Assembly (NCBI GenBank): GCA_944363885.1
Contig: CALVVO010000004.1
Span: 1 to 43,101 of the forward strand
Direction of reading: 5' to 3'
Source of the DNA: an uncultured Bacilli bacterium
Lineage (GTDB): Bacteria > Bacillota_I > Bacilli_A > RF39 > UBA660
Length of the DNA stretch: 43,101 nt
Part shown: positions 27,640 through 37,600 of the stretch, piece by piece
How positions within the stretch are numbered: the first letter of the stretch is position 1
How the letters are laid out: every line of letters begins with the position of its first letter
The notes under the pieces: generated by a model
Seen by the model: only the letters and a program-made list of their open reading frames with translations
Database searches by the model: none
Told to the model about the DNA's origin: nothing
Program-made: the position numbers and the translations under genes

Positions 27640-27668
27640 TTGGAATTTTATAAAATTTATATTATAAT
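27640..27668 (+). promoter_or_regulatory. Putative sigmaA promoter of SRP RNA
   Basis: TTGGAA-N17-TATAAT; predicted start ~27675 coincides with the RNA 5' stem. Confidence 0.7.
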
Positions 27669-27674
27669 TTAATT

Positions 27675-27745
27675 GTGCAACACATAGCATGGAATTAGGT
27701 CAGGATTGGAAAATAGCAGCCTTAACATTAACTATGTGTGTGCAC
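27675..27745 (+). ncRNA. ffs: Small bacterial SRP RNA (4.5S type, no Alu domain)
   Basis: Helix 8 motif GGTCAGG-ATT-GGAA-AAT-AGCAGCC; closing stem GTGCA-ACACATAG / CTATGTGT-G-TGCAC; T-tail; next to tadA-dnaX. Confidence 0.9.
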
Positions 27746-27762
27746 TTTTTTTAGGAGTAAAA

Positions 27763-28164
27763 ATGAAATATTTTGAAATATTATTAAAATTAACTAAAAA
27801 AGCTTATAAAAAAAACGAAGTTCCAATAGCAGCTTTAATTGTATGTGATAATAAAGTGATTTCGAAGTCCTATAATAAAAGACATAATCATCATGATGTG
27901 CTTGGACATGCTGAAATTTTAGCAATTAAAAAAGCGACAAAAAAATTAAAAACTTGGCATTTGACCGGATGTGATTTATATGTAACTGTAGAACCATGTT
28001 GTATGTGCAAGTCAGTAATTAATGAGGCAAAAATTGATAATGTTTATTATTTTTTAGAAAACAATAAAAACAAAAAATTTAAAACAAAATACAAATATGT
28101 TGATATAAAAGATAACTATATATTTAAGGAAAAAATTCAAAGTTTTTTTAAAAATAAAAGATAA
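27763..28164 (+). CDS. tadA: tRNA adenosine(34) deaminase
   Basis: EVPIAA, HAE, VTVEPCCMC; start ATG 27763 behind AGGAG (the ORF-track start overlaps the SRP RNA). Confidence 0.88.
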   Translation: MKYFEILLKLTKKAYKKNEVPIAALIVCDNKVISKSYNKRHNHHDVLGHAEILAIKKATKKLKTWHLTGCDLYVTVEPCCMCKSVINEAKIDNVYYFLENNKNKKFKTKYKYVDIKDNYIFKEKIQSFFKNKR

Positions 28165-28195
28165 AATATGTTATAATTTTAATGGAGTTGGTATC

Positions 28196-29839
28196 ATGGC
28201 ATATATAGCATTATATCGAAAATATAGGCCACAAAATTTTGATGATGTTGTGGGGCAAAATGTTACAGTTGAAATTTTGAAAAATAGTATCATAAACAAT
28301 AAAATTTCACATGCTTATTTATTTAATGGCCCTCGTGGTACGGGGAAAACAAGCGTCGCAAAAATTTTTGCTAGATCTGTCAATTGTTTAAATAATAAAA
28401 ATGGGGATGCGTGCGGAAAATGTGAATTATGTAAAAAAATTAAAGAAAATGATGTTGATATTATAGAGATAGATGCAGCTAGTAATAATGGTGTTGAAGA
28501 AATTAGAGAAATAAGATCAAAGGTTAAATTACTTCCTACAGTTGCTAAATATAAAATTTATATTATTGATGAGGTCCACATGTTATCAACAGGAGCATTT
28601 AATGCTTTGCTTAAAACCTTAGAAGAACCACCTTCTCATGTTATTTTTATCTTAGCTACTACTGAGATTCACAAAATTCCACTAACAATTTTGTCTAGAT
28701 GTCAGAGATTTGATTTTAATAAAGTTAATAGCGAAGAAATGTTTGCTAAATTGAAACAAATATGTAAATTAGAAAAAAAGAACATTTCAGATGATATTCT
28801 TAAATTAATTGTAAAATTATCTGATGGAGGTTGTCGTGACGCAATTAACTTATTGGATCAGGTTATGTCTTTGTCATCTGATGATGTAACTGAGGATGAA
28901 ATTTATAATATACAAGGTATTCTCTCTGAGGACAAGGTTATAAATTTTTTAGAGATAATTTCGCAAAATGATATCATTAGCGGTATGAGGACTATTGATA
29001 ATTTTGTTAATTCTGGAAAAAATTTAAATAGTGTTGTTGAGCAATTATTAGTTTTGCTCCGCAATGTTGCAATTGCTAAATCTGTTGATAATTTTTTTCA
29101 AAAAGATAGTCAATTAAAATATTTATCAATTGATTTAAGTCTTGATAATATTAAGGCTTTAACTAATATTTTAATTGAATTGGAAAATCAAATGAATAAA
29201 TCTATAAATCAAAGAAATTTATTTGAAATATATTATATATACATGTCTAATATTGTAAATGATTGTAAATCCGCTGTATTTTATGATACTTTAAATCAAA
29301 TAAAATTCAATGAAGGAAAGATGAAGAATGAGTTGAATAATACTACTATTTGTGATGTAAATACAGGAGATAATTTTGATTTATTAAAAAAAATAAGAAT
29401 TAATAATGTTTTAGCAACTGCAAATAAAGAAGAGTTATTAAAAATTAACAATGATTATGAAAGAATTAATGATTTTATTGCAAATAAGGTTTATAATAAT
29501 ATTGCTACTTTATTGTTAAGTGGCAAAGTTGTTGTAGCTTCATCTAATTATTTATTATTTTGTTTTGATGATAAATCTTTAGTTCAAGTTTTTTTATCTA
29601 ATCTAGAAAAAATAGAAAAGTTTTTAGGTGAGATATATGGTACAGAATATAAAATAATGTCTGTAGATTCTAATGAATGGGCTAGCATTAAAAATAAATT
29701 TATAATTAACAAAAAAAATAATGTTGGGTATGAAATTATGCCAGAGTTAGAGAATGTGCAGAATCAAAATAAGAAAAATACAAAATTTGAAAATATAACT
29801 AAAAATATATTTGGAGATGAAGTTGAAAATATAAATTGA
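28196..29839 (+). CDS. dnaX: DNA polymerase III gamma/tau
   Basis: YRKYRP, GPRGTGKT, Zn Cys cluster, DAAS, IIDEVHML, SRC; extended -10 at 28169-77. Confidence 0.97.
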   Translation: MAYIALYRKYRPQNFDDVVGQNVTVEILKNSIINNKISHAYLFNGPRGTGKTSVAKIFARSVNCLNNKNGDACGKCELCKKIKENDVDIIEIDAASNNGVEEIREIRSKVKLLPTVAKYKIYIIDEVHMLSTGAFNALLKTLEEPPSHVIFILATTEIHKIPLTILSRCQRFDFNKVNSEEMFAKLKQICKLEKKNISDDILKLIVKLSDGGCRDAINLLDQVMSLSSDDVTEDEIYNIQGILSEDKVINFLEIISQNDIISGMRTIDNFVNSGKNLNSVVEQLLVLLRNVAIAKSVDNFFQKDSQLKYLSIDLSLDNIKALTNILIELENQMNKSINQRNLFEIYYIYMSNIVNDCKSAVFYDTLNQIKFNEGKMKNELNNTTICDVNTGDNFDLLKKIRINNVLATANKEELLKINNDYERINDFIANKVYNNIATLLLSGKVVVASSNYLLFCFDDKSLVQVFLSNLEKIEKFLGEIYGTEYKIMSVDSNEWASIKNKFIINKKNNVGYEIMPELENVQNQNKKNTKFENITKNIFGDEVENIN

Positions 29840-29853
29840 AAGGATTGATAAAA

Positions 29854-30147
29854 ATGAATATGCAGAATTTGATGGCAGAAGCACAAAAAATGCAAAAAGA
29901 ATTGGAAAGGATTAATAAAGATATTGAATCTTCAGTTTTTGAAGGAATTAGTGGAGCTGTAAAAGTTATGATTTCTGGAAAAAATGAAGTTATTAAGATT
30001 GAAATTATTGATTCAGGAATTTTGAATGAAAAAGAAACTTTAGAAGATATGATTATGTTGGCTGTGAACGATGCTTTAAAAAAGTTAAATAAAACTAAAG
30101 AAGAAAAATTGGATAAATATACTGGCGGTATGAGAGGTTTATTTTAG
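29854..30147 (+). CDS. ybaB: YbaB/EbfC nucleoid-associated protein
   Basis: MQNLM..AQKMQ, LEDMI..AVNDA; between dnaX and recR; start ATG 29854. Confidence 0.9.
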   Translation: MNMQNLMAEAQKMQKELERINKDIESSVFEGISGAVKVMISGKNEVIKIEIIDSGILNEKETLEDMIMLAVNDALKKLNKTKEEKLDKYTGGMRGLF

Positions 30148-30149
30148 AA

Positions 30150-30749
30150 ATGATTTATCCTAAGGATTTTTCTGATTTAATTGAAAGTTTTAAATTGTTT
30201 CCTGGGGTTGGAGAGAAATCAGCTGAACGATTTGTATATTGTGTGGATGAAATGTCAGATGAGGATGTACAAAATTTTTCTGAAAATTTAAAAAAATTTA
30301 AAAAAAACATTAAAAGATGCGAAATATGTGGACATTATTCATCTAATGATATATGTGATATTTGTGCTGATAGAAGTAGGGATTTGTCTACTATTTGTGT
30401 TGTAGAGGATTCTAAAAGTGTTTTTAAATTTGAAACATCTGGAAATTATAGGGGATTATATCATGTACTTGGTGGTTTGATTTCTCCTATAGATGATGTT
30501 AATCCAGATGATCTTAATATTAACAGTTTGATATATAAAAGGTTAAATGGTGATGTCAAGGAAATTATAATTGCATTGACTCCTTCGATTGAAGGAGAGA
30601 CAACATCACTTTATTTACAGAAACTTTTAGAAAATAAAAATGTTAAGGTTTCAAGATTGTCATATGGTCTTCCGATTAATTCAGATATAGAATATTTAGA
30701 TCCTATAACTTTAATTAAAGCAATTGACGATAGAAAATTTATCTCATAA
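30150..30749 (+). CDS. recR: Recombination mediator RecR
   Basis: PGVGEKSAER HhH, C4 zinc finger, YHVLGG.ISP, EGETT. Confidence 0.97.
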   Translation: MIYPKDFSDLIESFKLFPGVGEKSAERFVYCVDEMSDEDVQNFSENLKKFKKNIKRCEICGHYSSNDICDICADRSRDLSTICVVEDSKSVFKFETSGNYRGLYHVLGGLISPIDDVNPDDLNINSLIYKRLNGDVKEIIIALTPSIEGETTSLYLQKLLENKNVKVSRLSYGLPINSDIEYLDPITLIKAIDDRKFIS

Positions 30750-30786
30750 TATAAATATCTGGTAATAAAATTAAATGGTGATATAA

Positions 30787-30969
30787 TTGAAAAAGTTAAT
30801 GTTGTTTGTAAAAAAAATTGTTATGGCTTTGTGCATGTTATATTCTTTTAATTTAATTATTGGTTGCGTAGGAATATTAATACCTATCAATTTATGTAGT
30901 ATAATATTTGTAAGTGTTTTAGGTTTGCCGGCAGTATTTAGTTTAATAGTTTTATCAAATTTTTTGTAA
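30787..30969 (+). CDS. bofA: Pro-sigmaK processing inhibitor BofA (short 2-TM form)
   Basis: LYSFN...IPIN......LGLP; TTG start behind GGTGA; follows recR as in Bacillus. Confidence 0.75.
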   Translation: MKKLMLFVKKIVMALCMLYSFNLIIGCVGILIPINLCSIIFVSVLGLPAVFSLIVLSNFL

Positions 30970-30984
30970 TTAATGGAGAAGTAT

Positions 30985-31800
30985 ATGAATGAGAGATTGA
31001 AAAGTTTTTTTAAAAAGCAGTGTTTAAATGACAAAATTGGACATGCTTATTTAATTGCTAATACTAATATTGAAAGTATTTATGATGGTTTAAATTTTAT
31101 TTTATCCAAATATATATTTAAAACTGAAATTGATTTAAATGATAATCAAGATGTTTTTTTTCTAAAGCCTGAAAATAATATTATAAAAAAAAATAAAATA
31201 TTGGAGTTAAAATCTTTCTTAAAAAGTACTTCTCAAATAAGTGGAAAAAAGGTTTATATAATTGATCATGCTGAAGTTCTAAATGCTTCTAGTGCAAATA
31301 GTTTATTAAAAATATTGGAAGAACCAGAAAAAAATATTTTTGCATTTTTAATTACTACAAATATAGACAGAGTTTTAAAGACTGTTAAGTCTAGATGCCA
31401 AATTATTTTTTTATCTACGGTTGAAAATAAGATTTTAAATTTTGAAAATAATGATACATACAATGAGGCATTGAATATAGTTGAGTTGATAGAAAAACAT
31501 AAAATTAGTTATTTTCCATATGTTTATGGTGCAATTACCAAAAAAGGTGATAAAAATCACGCTAAAAATTTGTTGGAAAATTTAATTGAAATATATAATG
31601 AAATTTTAAAAATAAAAATATTAGATTTAAATATTACTTCTTTGGATTCAAGATTAAAGAATGTTTTTCCATTAATGAGCAAATCTGATATTATAAAAAA
31701 GTTAATAATTATTAATAAATTTTTAATAGATACAGATTATAATTTAAATAATTCATTGTTTTATGATAAATTTTTAATTGAATTAGGAGGTATGAAATAA
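30985..31800 (+). CDS. holB: DNA polymerase III delta prime (degenerate)
   Basis: HAYL, KVYII..AE.LN.SSANSLLK.LEEP, KSRC; precedes ricT; start ATG 30985. Confidence 0.88.
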   Translation: MNERLKSFFKKQCLNDKIGHAYLIANTNIESIYDGLNFILSKYIFKTEIDLNDNQDVFFLKPENNIIKKNKILELKSFLKSTSQISGKKVYIIDHAEVLNASSANSLLKILEEPEKNIFAFLITTNIDRVLKTVKSRCQIIFLSTVENKILNFENNDTYNEALNIVELIEKHKISYFPYVYGAITKKGDKNHAKNLLENLIEIYNEILKIKILDLNITSLDSRLKNVFPLMSKSDIIKKLIIINKFLIDTDYNLNNSLFYDKFLIELGGMK

Positions 31801-32606
31801 TGGAATTAATAGGCGCAAATTTTAAAGAAAATGGTAAAATTTATTATTTTGACTCTAATAATTTTAATTTACAAGAAAATGATTATATCATTGTTGAAAC
31901 TGAAAGAGGTTTACAATTTGCAAGGGTAATAAATAAAAAATATGTTGATGAAAGGTTAGTAATAAATAATTTAAGGTGTGTTGTTAAAAAAGCCAGCGAA
32001 TCTGACTATAAAAAGCACGTTAAAAATACTAAAGATTCTTCAATGGCTTTAAGCAAAGCTATAAAATTAGCAGAAAAGTATAAATTAAATATGAAATTCT
32101 TGGATGCTTCATTTACTTTTGATAGAAATCAATTAATGTTTTATTTTTTATCAGATAATCGAGTTGATTTTAGGGATTTAGCAAAAGAGTTGGCTTCAAT
32201 ATATAAAACTAGAATTGAATTAAGACAAATAGGTGTTAGAGATAAGGCAAAAGAGGTTTCTGGTTTAGGACTTTGTGGCAGAGAGTTGTGTTGTTCTAGC
32301 TTTTTATGCGATTTAGATTCTGTTACGATAAATATGGCAAAAAATCAAAATTTATCTTTAAATCCTAGCAAAATAAATGGACTATGTGGTAGACTCCTTT
32401 GTTGTTTAAAATATGAGGATGAAATATACACTAGTAATAGAAAAGATATGCCTAATGTAGGGGATTTAGTTGAAACCCCTAAAGGAGACGGTAAAGTTTT
32501 ATCAGTAGATATTCTTAGCCGTAAATTTATTGTTGAAATTCCTAATGAAGGAAATATGGAAATCTCTTTATTAGATGAGGGGAATAATGGAAATAGTAAC
32601 AAATGA
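31800..32606 (+). CDS. ricT: PSP1-domain RicT/YaaT
   Basis: RVDFRDL, RIELRQIGVRD, CGRELCC, CGRLLCCLKYE. Confidence 0.93.
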   Translation: MELIGANFKENGKIYYFDSNNFNLQENDYIIVETERGLQFARVINKKYVDERLVINNLRCVVKKASESDYKKHVKNTKDSSMALSKAIKLAEKYKLNMKFLDASFTFDRNQLMFYFLSDNRVDFRDLAKELASIYKTRIELRQIGVRDKAKEVSGLGLCGRELCCSSFLCDLDSVTINMAKNQNLSLNPSKINGLCGRLLCCLKYEDEIYTSNRKDMPNVGDLVETPKGDGKVLSVDILSRKFIVEIPNEGNMEISLLDEGNNGNSNK

Positions 32607-33339
32607 TTTGCTTGATTATAATAATTTAAAAATTATACAATGCAATGAATATTTTAATTTTAGTTTAGATTCTGTTTTGCTAGCAAATTTTGTTAAAGTT
32701 AAACCTACTACAAGGAAACTCATCGATTTGGGCACGGGAAATGCACCTATATTATTAATTTTGTCTACAAAAGTTAAAGAAAATGTTAGTCTTACCGGTG
32801 TTGAATTACAAAAAGAAATATATGATTTGGCAGTTAAATCTCTTGATATAAATAATTTAACGTCAAGGATCAATTTATTAAATATGGATGTTAATAAGTT
32901 ATTGGACTATTATGAGTCTGATACATTTGATATTGTCGTTTCAAATCCTCCTTACTTTAAATATAATGAAAATAGTAGAATAAATGAAAATACTGTAAAA
33001 TCTATAGCCAGGCATGAAATAAATCTAAAAATAGATGACTTGTTAATTATTAGTAGAAAAATATTAAAAAATAAAGGTAGTTTATATTTGGTTCACAGAA
33101 CAGAGAGATTTATTGAAATTATATCGAAATTAAAAAAGTATAACTTGGAACCAAAGAGAATTCAATTTATATATCCAAAAAAAGATAAGCCATCTAACTT
33201 ATTTTTGATAGAGGCTGTAAAAAATGGCAAAAGTTCATTAAAAATAGAATTTTCGTTAATAGTTCATAATAAAGATGGTAATTATTCAAGCAAGATTGTA
33301 AAGATGTTTGGAGGTAATGATGTTACAAAAGAGTTATGA
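32587..33339 (+). CDS. tRNA1(Val) m6A37 methyltransferase (YabB/TrmN6)
   Basis: FSLDSVLLA, DLGTGN, NPPYF, ARHE; start ATG 32587 behind GAGGGG. Confidence 0.88.
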   Translation: MEIVTNDLLDYNNLKIIQCNEYFNFSLDSVLLANFVKVKPTTRKLIDLGTGNAPILLILSTKVKENVSLTGVELQKEIYDLAVKSLDINNLTSRINLLNMDVNKLLDYYESDTFDIVVSNPPYFKYNENSRINENTVKSIARHEINLKIDDLLIISRKILKNKGSLYLVHRTERFIEIISKLKKYNLEPKRIQFIYPKKDKPSNLFLIEAVKNGKSSLKIEFSLIVHNKDGNYSSKIVKMFGGNDVTKEL

Positions 33340-34156
33340 TGAAAATAACAAACTATATTTAGTTCCAACACCTATAGGAAATATGAAAGATATAACCTAT
33401 AGAGCAATAGAAGTTTTAAATGGTGTAAATGTAGTGTATTCTGAGGATACCAGAGTTACAAAGATTTTGCTTGACTATTATGGAATTAAAGTAAAATTAG
33501 TACCTTGTCATAAGTTTAATGAAAAAAAGATTTATCCACAAGTTATTAACAATTTGCAAAATGGTAATAGTGTAGCTTTAGTAACTGATCGTGGTACTCC
33601 ATTAATAAGTGATCCTGGGTATATAGTTGTTAATGAAGTAATAAAAAGTGGATTTTCGGTTGTATCTTTACCTGGTCCTAGTGCATTATTACCTGCATTA
33701 AATGTGTCGGGGATTCCTGCAGATAAATTTTTGTTTTATGGTTTTTTAAGTAATAAATTTGAAGAAAGCATTTCAGAATTAAAAATGTTAAAAAATATAA
33801 ACTTTACAATTATTTTATATGAATCACCTCATAGGTTGATAAAAACTTTACACAATATAAAAAACATTTTGGGAAATAATTTTATTTCTATTTCCCGGGA
33901 AATATCTAAACTACATGAAGAAGTGTTCCGTGGAACAGTTCAGGAAGCTATTAATACGTATATTGCTCCAAAAGGAGAATTTGTTATTGTTATTGATAAT
34001 AATGATAAATTTGAAGATATTTCTATAGCATATGATGAGTTAAATGAATTAATTAATTATGGAATGGGTAAAAAAAGCGCTATGAAGTATGTTTCAAAAA
34101 AGTATGACGTAAGTAAAAATGTATTGTATAATATGGTTGAGGAGAATAAAATATGA
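33320..34156 (+). CDS. rsmI: 16S rRNA C1402 2'-O-methyltransferase
   Basis: LYLVPTPIGN, EDTR, GTPLISDPG, YESPHR, PKGE; SD GGAGG. Confidence 0.95.
   Translation: MLQKSYDENNKLYLVPTPIGNMKDITYRAIEVLNGVNVVYSEDTRVTKILLDYYGIKVKLVPCHKFNEKKIYPQVINNLQNGNSVALVTDRGTPLISDPGYIVVNEVIKSGFSVVSLPGPSALLPALNVSGIPADKFLFYGFLSNKFEESISELKMLKNINFTIILYESPHRLIKTLHNIKNILGNNFISISREISKLHEEVFRGTVQEAINTYIAPKGEFVIVIDNNDKFEDISIAYDELNELINYGMGKKSAMKYVSKKYDVSKNVLYNMVEENKI
33889..33904. promoter_or_regulatory. Perfect Noc-binding site inside rsmI
   Basis: TATTTCCCGGGAAATA, encoded by ATT TCC CGG GAA ATA. Confidence 0.8.
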
Positions 34157-34689
34157 AATTAATTGTTGGATTAGGAAATCCTGGATTGGAATATGAAAGT
34201 ACTAGACATAATGTTGGTTTTATGGCAATTAATAAATATTTAAATAATGTTTCATTTAAAACTAAATTTGGTGGTGAATATTATGTTGATAATGAAAAAA
34301 ATTCGATTTTTTTAAAACCTATGAAATACATGAATTTATCTGGTGAAGTGGTAAAAAAATTTGTTGATTATTATAAAATAGCTGTAGATGATATTTTAAT
34401 TATATATGATGACATGGCTTTTAAATTAGGTACTATTAAAATTAAGCCAGATGGTTCTTATGGCGGACACAATGGAATTAAGAATATAATTGATTTATTG
34501 GGCAACAATAAGATTAAGAGAGTTCGTATTGGTATTGGTAGAAGTTCTTATAATATGAAGGATTATGTTTTGGGACACTTTTCTAAAAAAGAACTTTTAA
34601 TATTAGATGACGTTATACAAAAAGTCGTTAATATAATTGATGATTATTTAAAATTAGATTTTGATAAATTAATGAATAAATATAATTAG
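34153..34689 (+). CDS. pth: Peptidyl-tRNA hydrolase
   Basis: GLGNPG, TRHN, YMNLSG, GGHNG. Confidence 0.96.
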   Translation: MKLIVGLGNPGLEYESTRHNVGFMAINKYLNNVSFKTKFGGEYYVDNEKNSIFLKPMKYMNLSGEVVKKFVDYYKIAVDDILIIYDDMAFKLGTIKIKPDGSYGGHNGIKNIIDLLGNNKIKRVRIGIGRSSYNMKDYVLGHFSKKELLILDDVIQKVVNIIDDYLKLDFDKLMNKYN

Positions 34690-34697
34690 GGGTTTTT

Positions 34698-37600
34698 ATG
34701 AAAAATGCGATATATAAAAGTATTTTTAATTTTAATATAGAAAATGGTATAAAATTATCAGTTTCTAATAATGAAATATATAGCCAATTGATTTTATATA
34801 TCTTTTTTTCTGTGCAATCCGATTTGATTATTTTAGTTCCAACATTGAATGATGCTAATAAGTTATTTAATAATTTAAAAAGTTATATTTCGAATGTTTA
34901 CATATTTCCTGAAGATGATTATTTAACTAAAAAAGCAATAGCTGCTTCTACAGATTTATTATTTATGAGAATGAGCTTTTTAAATTCAATAGATAATTGT
35001 GACAAAAAAATATTAATTTGTCATGTTAATAGTTTTATTAAAAAATTACCGGCAAAAAGTGAATATTTGTCTAAATCAATTAAACTTAATAATGGACAAA
35101 TTATAGATAGAAATGAATTTTTAAAAAAATTGGATTCGATAGGTTATAAGAAAGAATCTTTGGTAACAAATGTAGGAGAATATGCGGTTCGTGGATTTGT
35201 TATTGATGTTTATCCTTTTCAAGAAGATCATCCTGTAAGAATAGATTTTTTTGATAATGAAATTTCTAACATATCTTTTTTTGATGAATATAGCCAAAGA
35301 ACAATAAAAGATAATGAGTCAATATTAATAAAACCATTAATTGATAATTTTAATGATAATGCCAGTAGTGTAATAGAATATTTAAATAGTCCGTATATTG
35401 TTTTACAGGATTACAATCAATGTCAAAATATAATGAAAAACATAGTGGATCAAATAAAATATTATGATAATGACTTTTCAGAGATTTTTTTCTTAAACGA
35501 CATGGAGTTAAATAAAAAGATAAATGTTGATTTAATTGATAATACGGGAAAATATGACTATATATTTGCGGCAAAATCTATAGTAAATTGTAAAAATGAT
35601 TTTGATTGTTTTTTAAATTTGGTAAAAAATGATAGTACTTATTTGTGTACTACAAATGCTAATTTTATTAAAAAAGTAAAAAAAAGTTATGATAAAGTTA
35701 AAATTATTAATTTTGATTTAAACTCAGGTTTTATTTATAATGATGTTACATATTTATCAGATAATGATTTAGTCGAAAAAAGGGAAAAAGATACTTTTTA
35801 TAATTATAAATTTGGTAAAAAAATTAATGACATTGAAAAATTAAATATAGGAGATTACGTTGTTCATAAAAGCCATGGTATTGGAATTTACATGGGAATT
35901 TCTACCATAACTAAAAATTCTGTAAAAAAAGATTATATTTTAATTCAATATAAAGGAAATGATAGATTATATTTGTCCATAGATAATATAGATAAACTGT
36001 ATAAATATTCATCTAGAGAAGGTGTTAAACCTAAAATAAATAAATTAAACAGTATTGAATGGCAAAAGACTAAAATTAAGATAAAAAATAAAATAAGGGA
36101 TATCAGCAATGAACTTATAGAAATTTATAAGAAAAGATCTCAGATTAAAGTACCACCATTTTTAAGGGATGACCCGTTACAACTTGTATTTGAAAGTGAA
36201 TTTCCATATGAATTTACTGAGGATCAGGAAAAATCTACAGAACAAATAAAAAAGGATTTAGAAAGTGGTAAACCTATGGAAAGGTTACTTTGTGGCGATG
36301 TCGGATATGGTAAAACTGAAGTTATTTTTAGGGTTATTTTTAAGACTGTTCTAAATAATAAGCAAGCGATGTATTTATGCCCGACAACTTTGCTTTCACT
36401 GCAACAATATAAGTCCGCATTAGAGAGATTTAAAAATTTTAGCGTTAATACAGCTTTATTGAATAGACATACTTCCATAAAAGAAGCAAAAGAAATAATA
36501 GAAAAATTAAAAACTGGTAAAATAGATGTGATTTTTGGGACACATAGATTGTTGAGCGAAGATGTAAAGTTTAAGGATTTGGGATTATTAGTTGTGGATG
36601 AAGAGCATAGATTTGGAGTCATGCATAAAGAAAAAATAAAAAAAATAAAGGAAAACGTTCATGTCTTAAGTGTTTCGGCAACTCCTATTCCAAGAAGTTT
36701 GCAAATGTCCTTAATTGGTATTAGAGACTTGTCTTTAATAGAAACACCGCCTAAAAATAGGTATCCTGTTCAAACTTATGTTATTGCATACGATAAATAT
36801 GTAGTAAGAGAAATAATTTTAAAGGAATATAACAGACAAGGTCAAGTATTTATTTTGTATAATAATATTGTAAATATGGATAAAGTATTATATGAATTTA
36901 GAAAATTGGTGCCTGAGGTAAAATTTGCATCTGCACATGGCAAAATGAATAAAGTGGAAATTAACTCAATAATGAGCGATTTTGTTGAAAAAAAATTTGA
37001 TGTTCTTTTAAGTACAACTATTATAGAAAATGGTATTGATATTCCAAATGCAAATACGGTTATTGTAATAGATGCCGATAAATATGGATTAAGTCAGTTA
37101 TATCAAATAAGAGGTCGCGTAGGTCGTGGGGATAGAATTGCTTATGCATATTTAATGTATGATAAAAACAAAGTTCTTAATGAAAATGCTCAAAAAAGAT
37201 TAGAAGCAATCAAGGAATTTACTGAACTTGGCAGTGGTTATAAGTTAGCAATGCGTGATTTGAGTATTAGGGGAGCTGGTGATTTGTTGGGTAGTGAACA
37301 AGCTGGATTTATAGATAGTGTTGGTGTTGACATGTATTTGGAATTAGTAAACGAAGAAATTAATAATAAGGAAGAGGAAAAAAATGACATTATATTAGAT
37401 GATGTTGAAACACACATTGATAAAACTTATTCAGATGAAGAAGATGTTATACTTTCAATACATAAGGAAATAACTTCTATAGAAAATATGCGTGATTTAG
37501 AAAAAGTTCATGATGAAATATTGGATAGGTTTGGATATATAGATGAAAAATTGGAAATATATATGTATCAAGAATTATTGGAAAAATTAGTTAATAAATA

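Noticed and set aside
27706-27762. N-terminal extension of TadA given in the ORF track
   Set aside because: It overlaps the SRP RNA; an SD-supported ATG is at 27763.
33924-33937. TGTTCCGTGGAACA as a fourth parS
   Set aside because: It lacks two central bases so half-site spacing is broken, and it encodes the conserved RsmI F-R-G-T segment.
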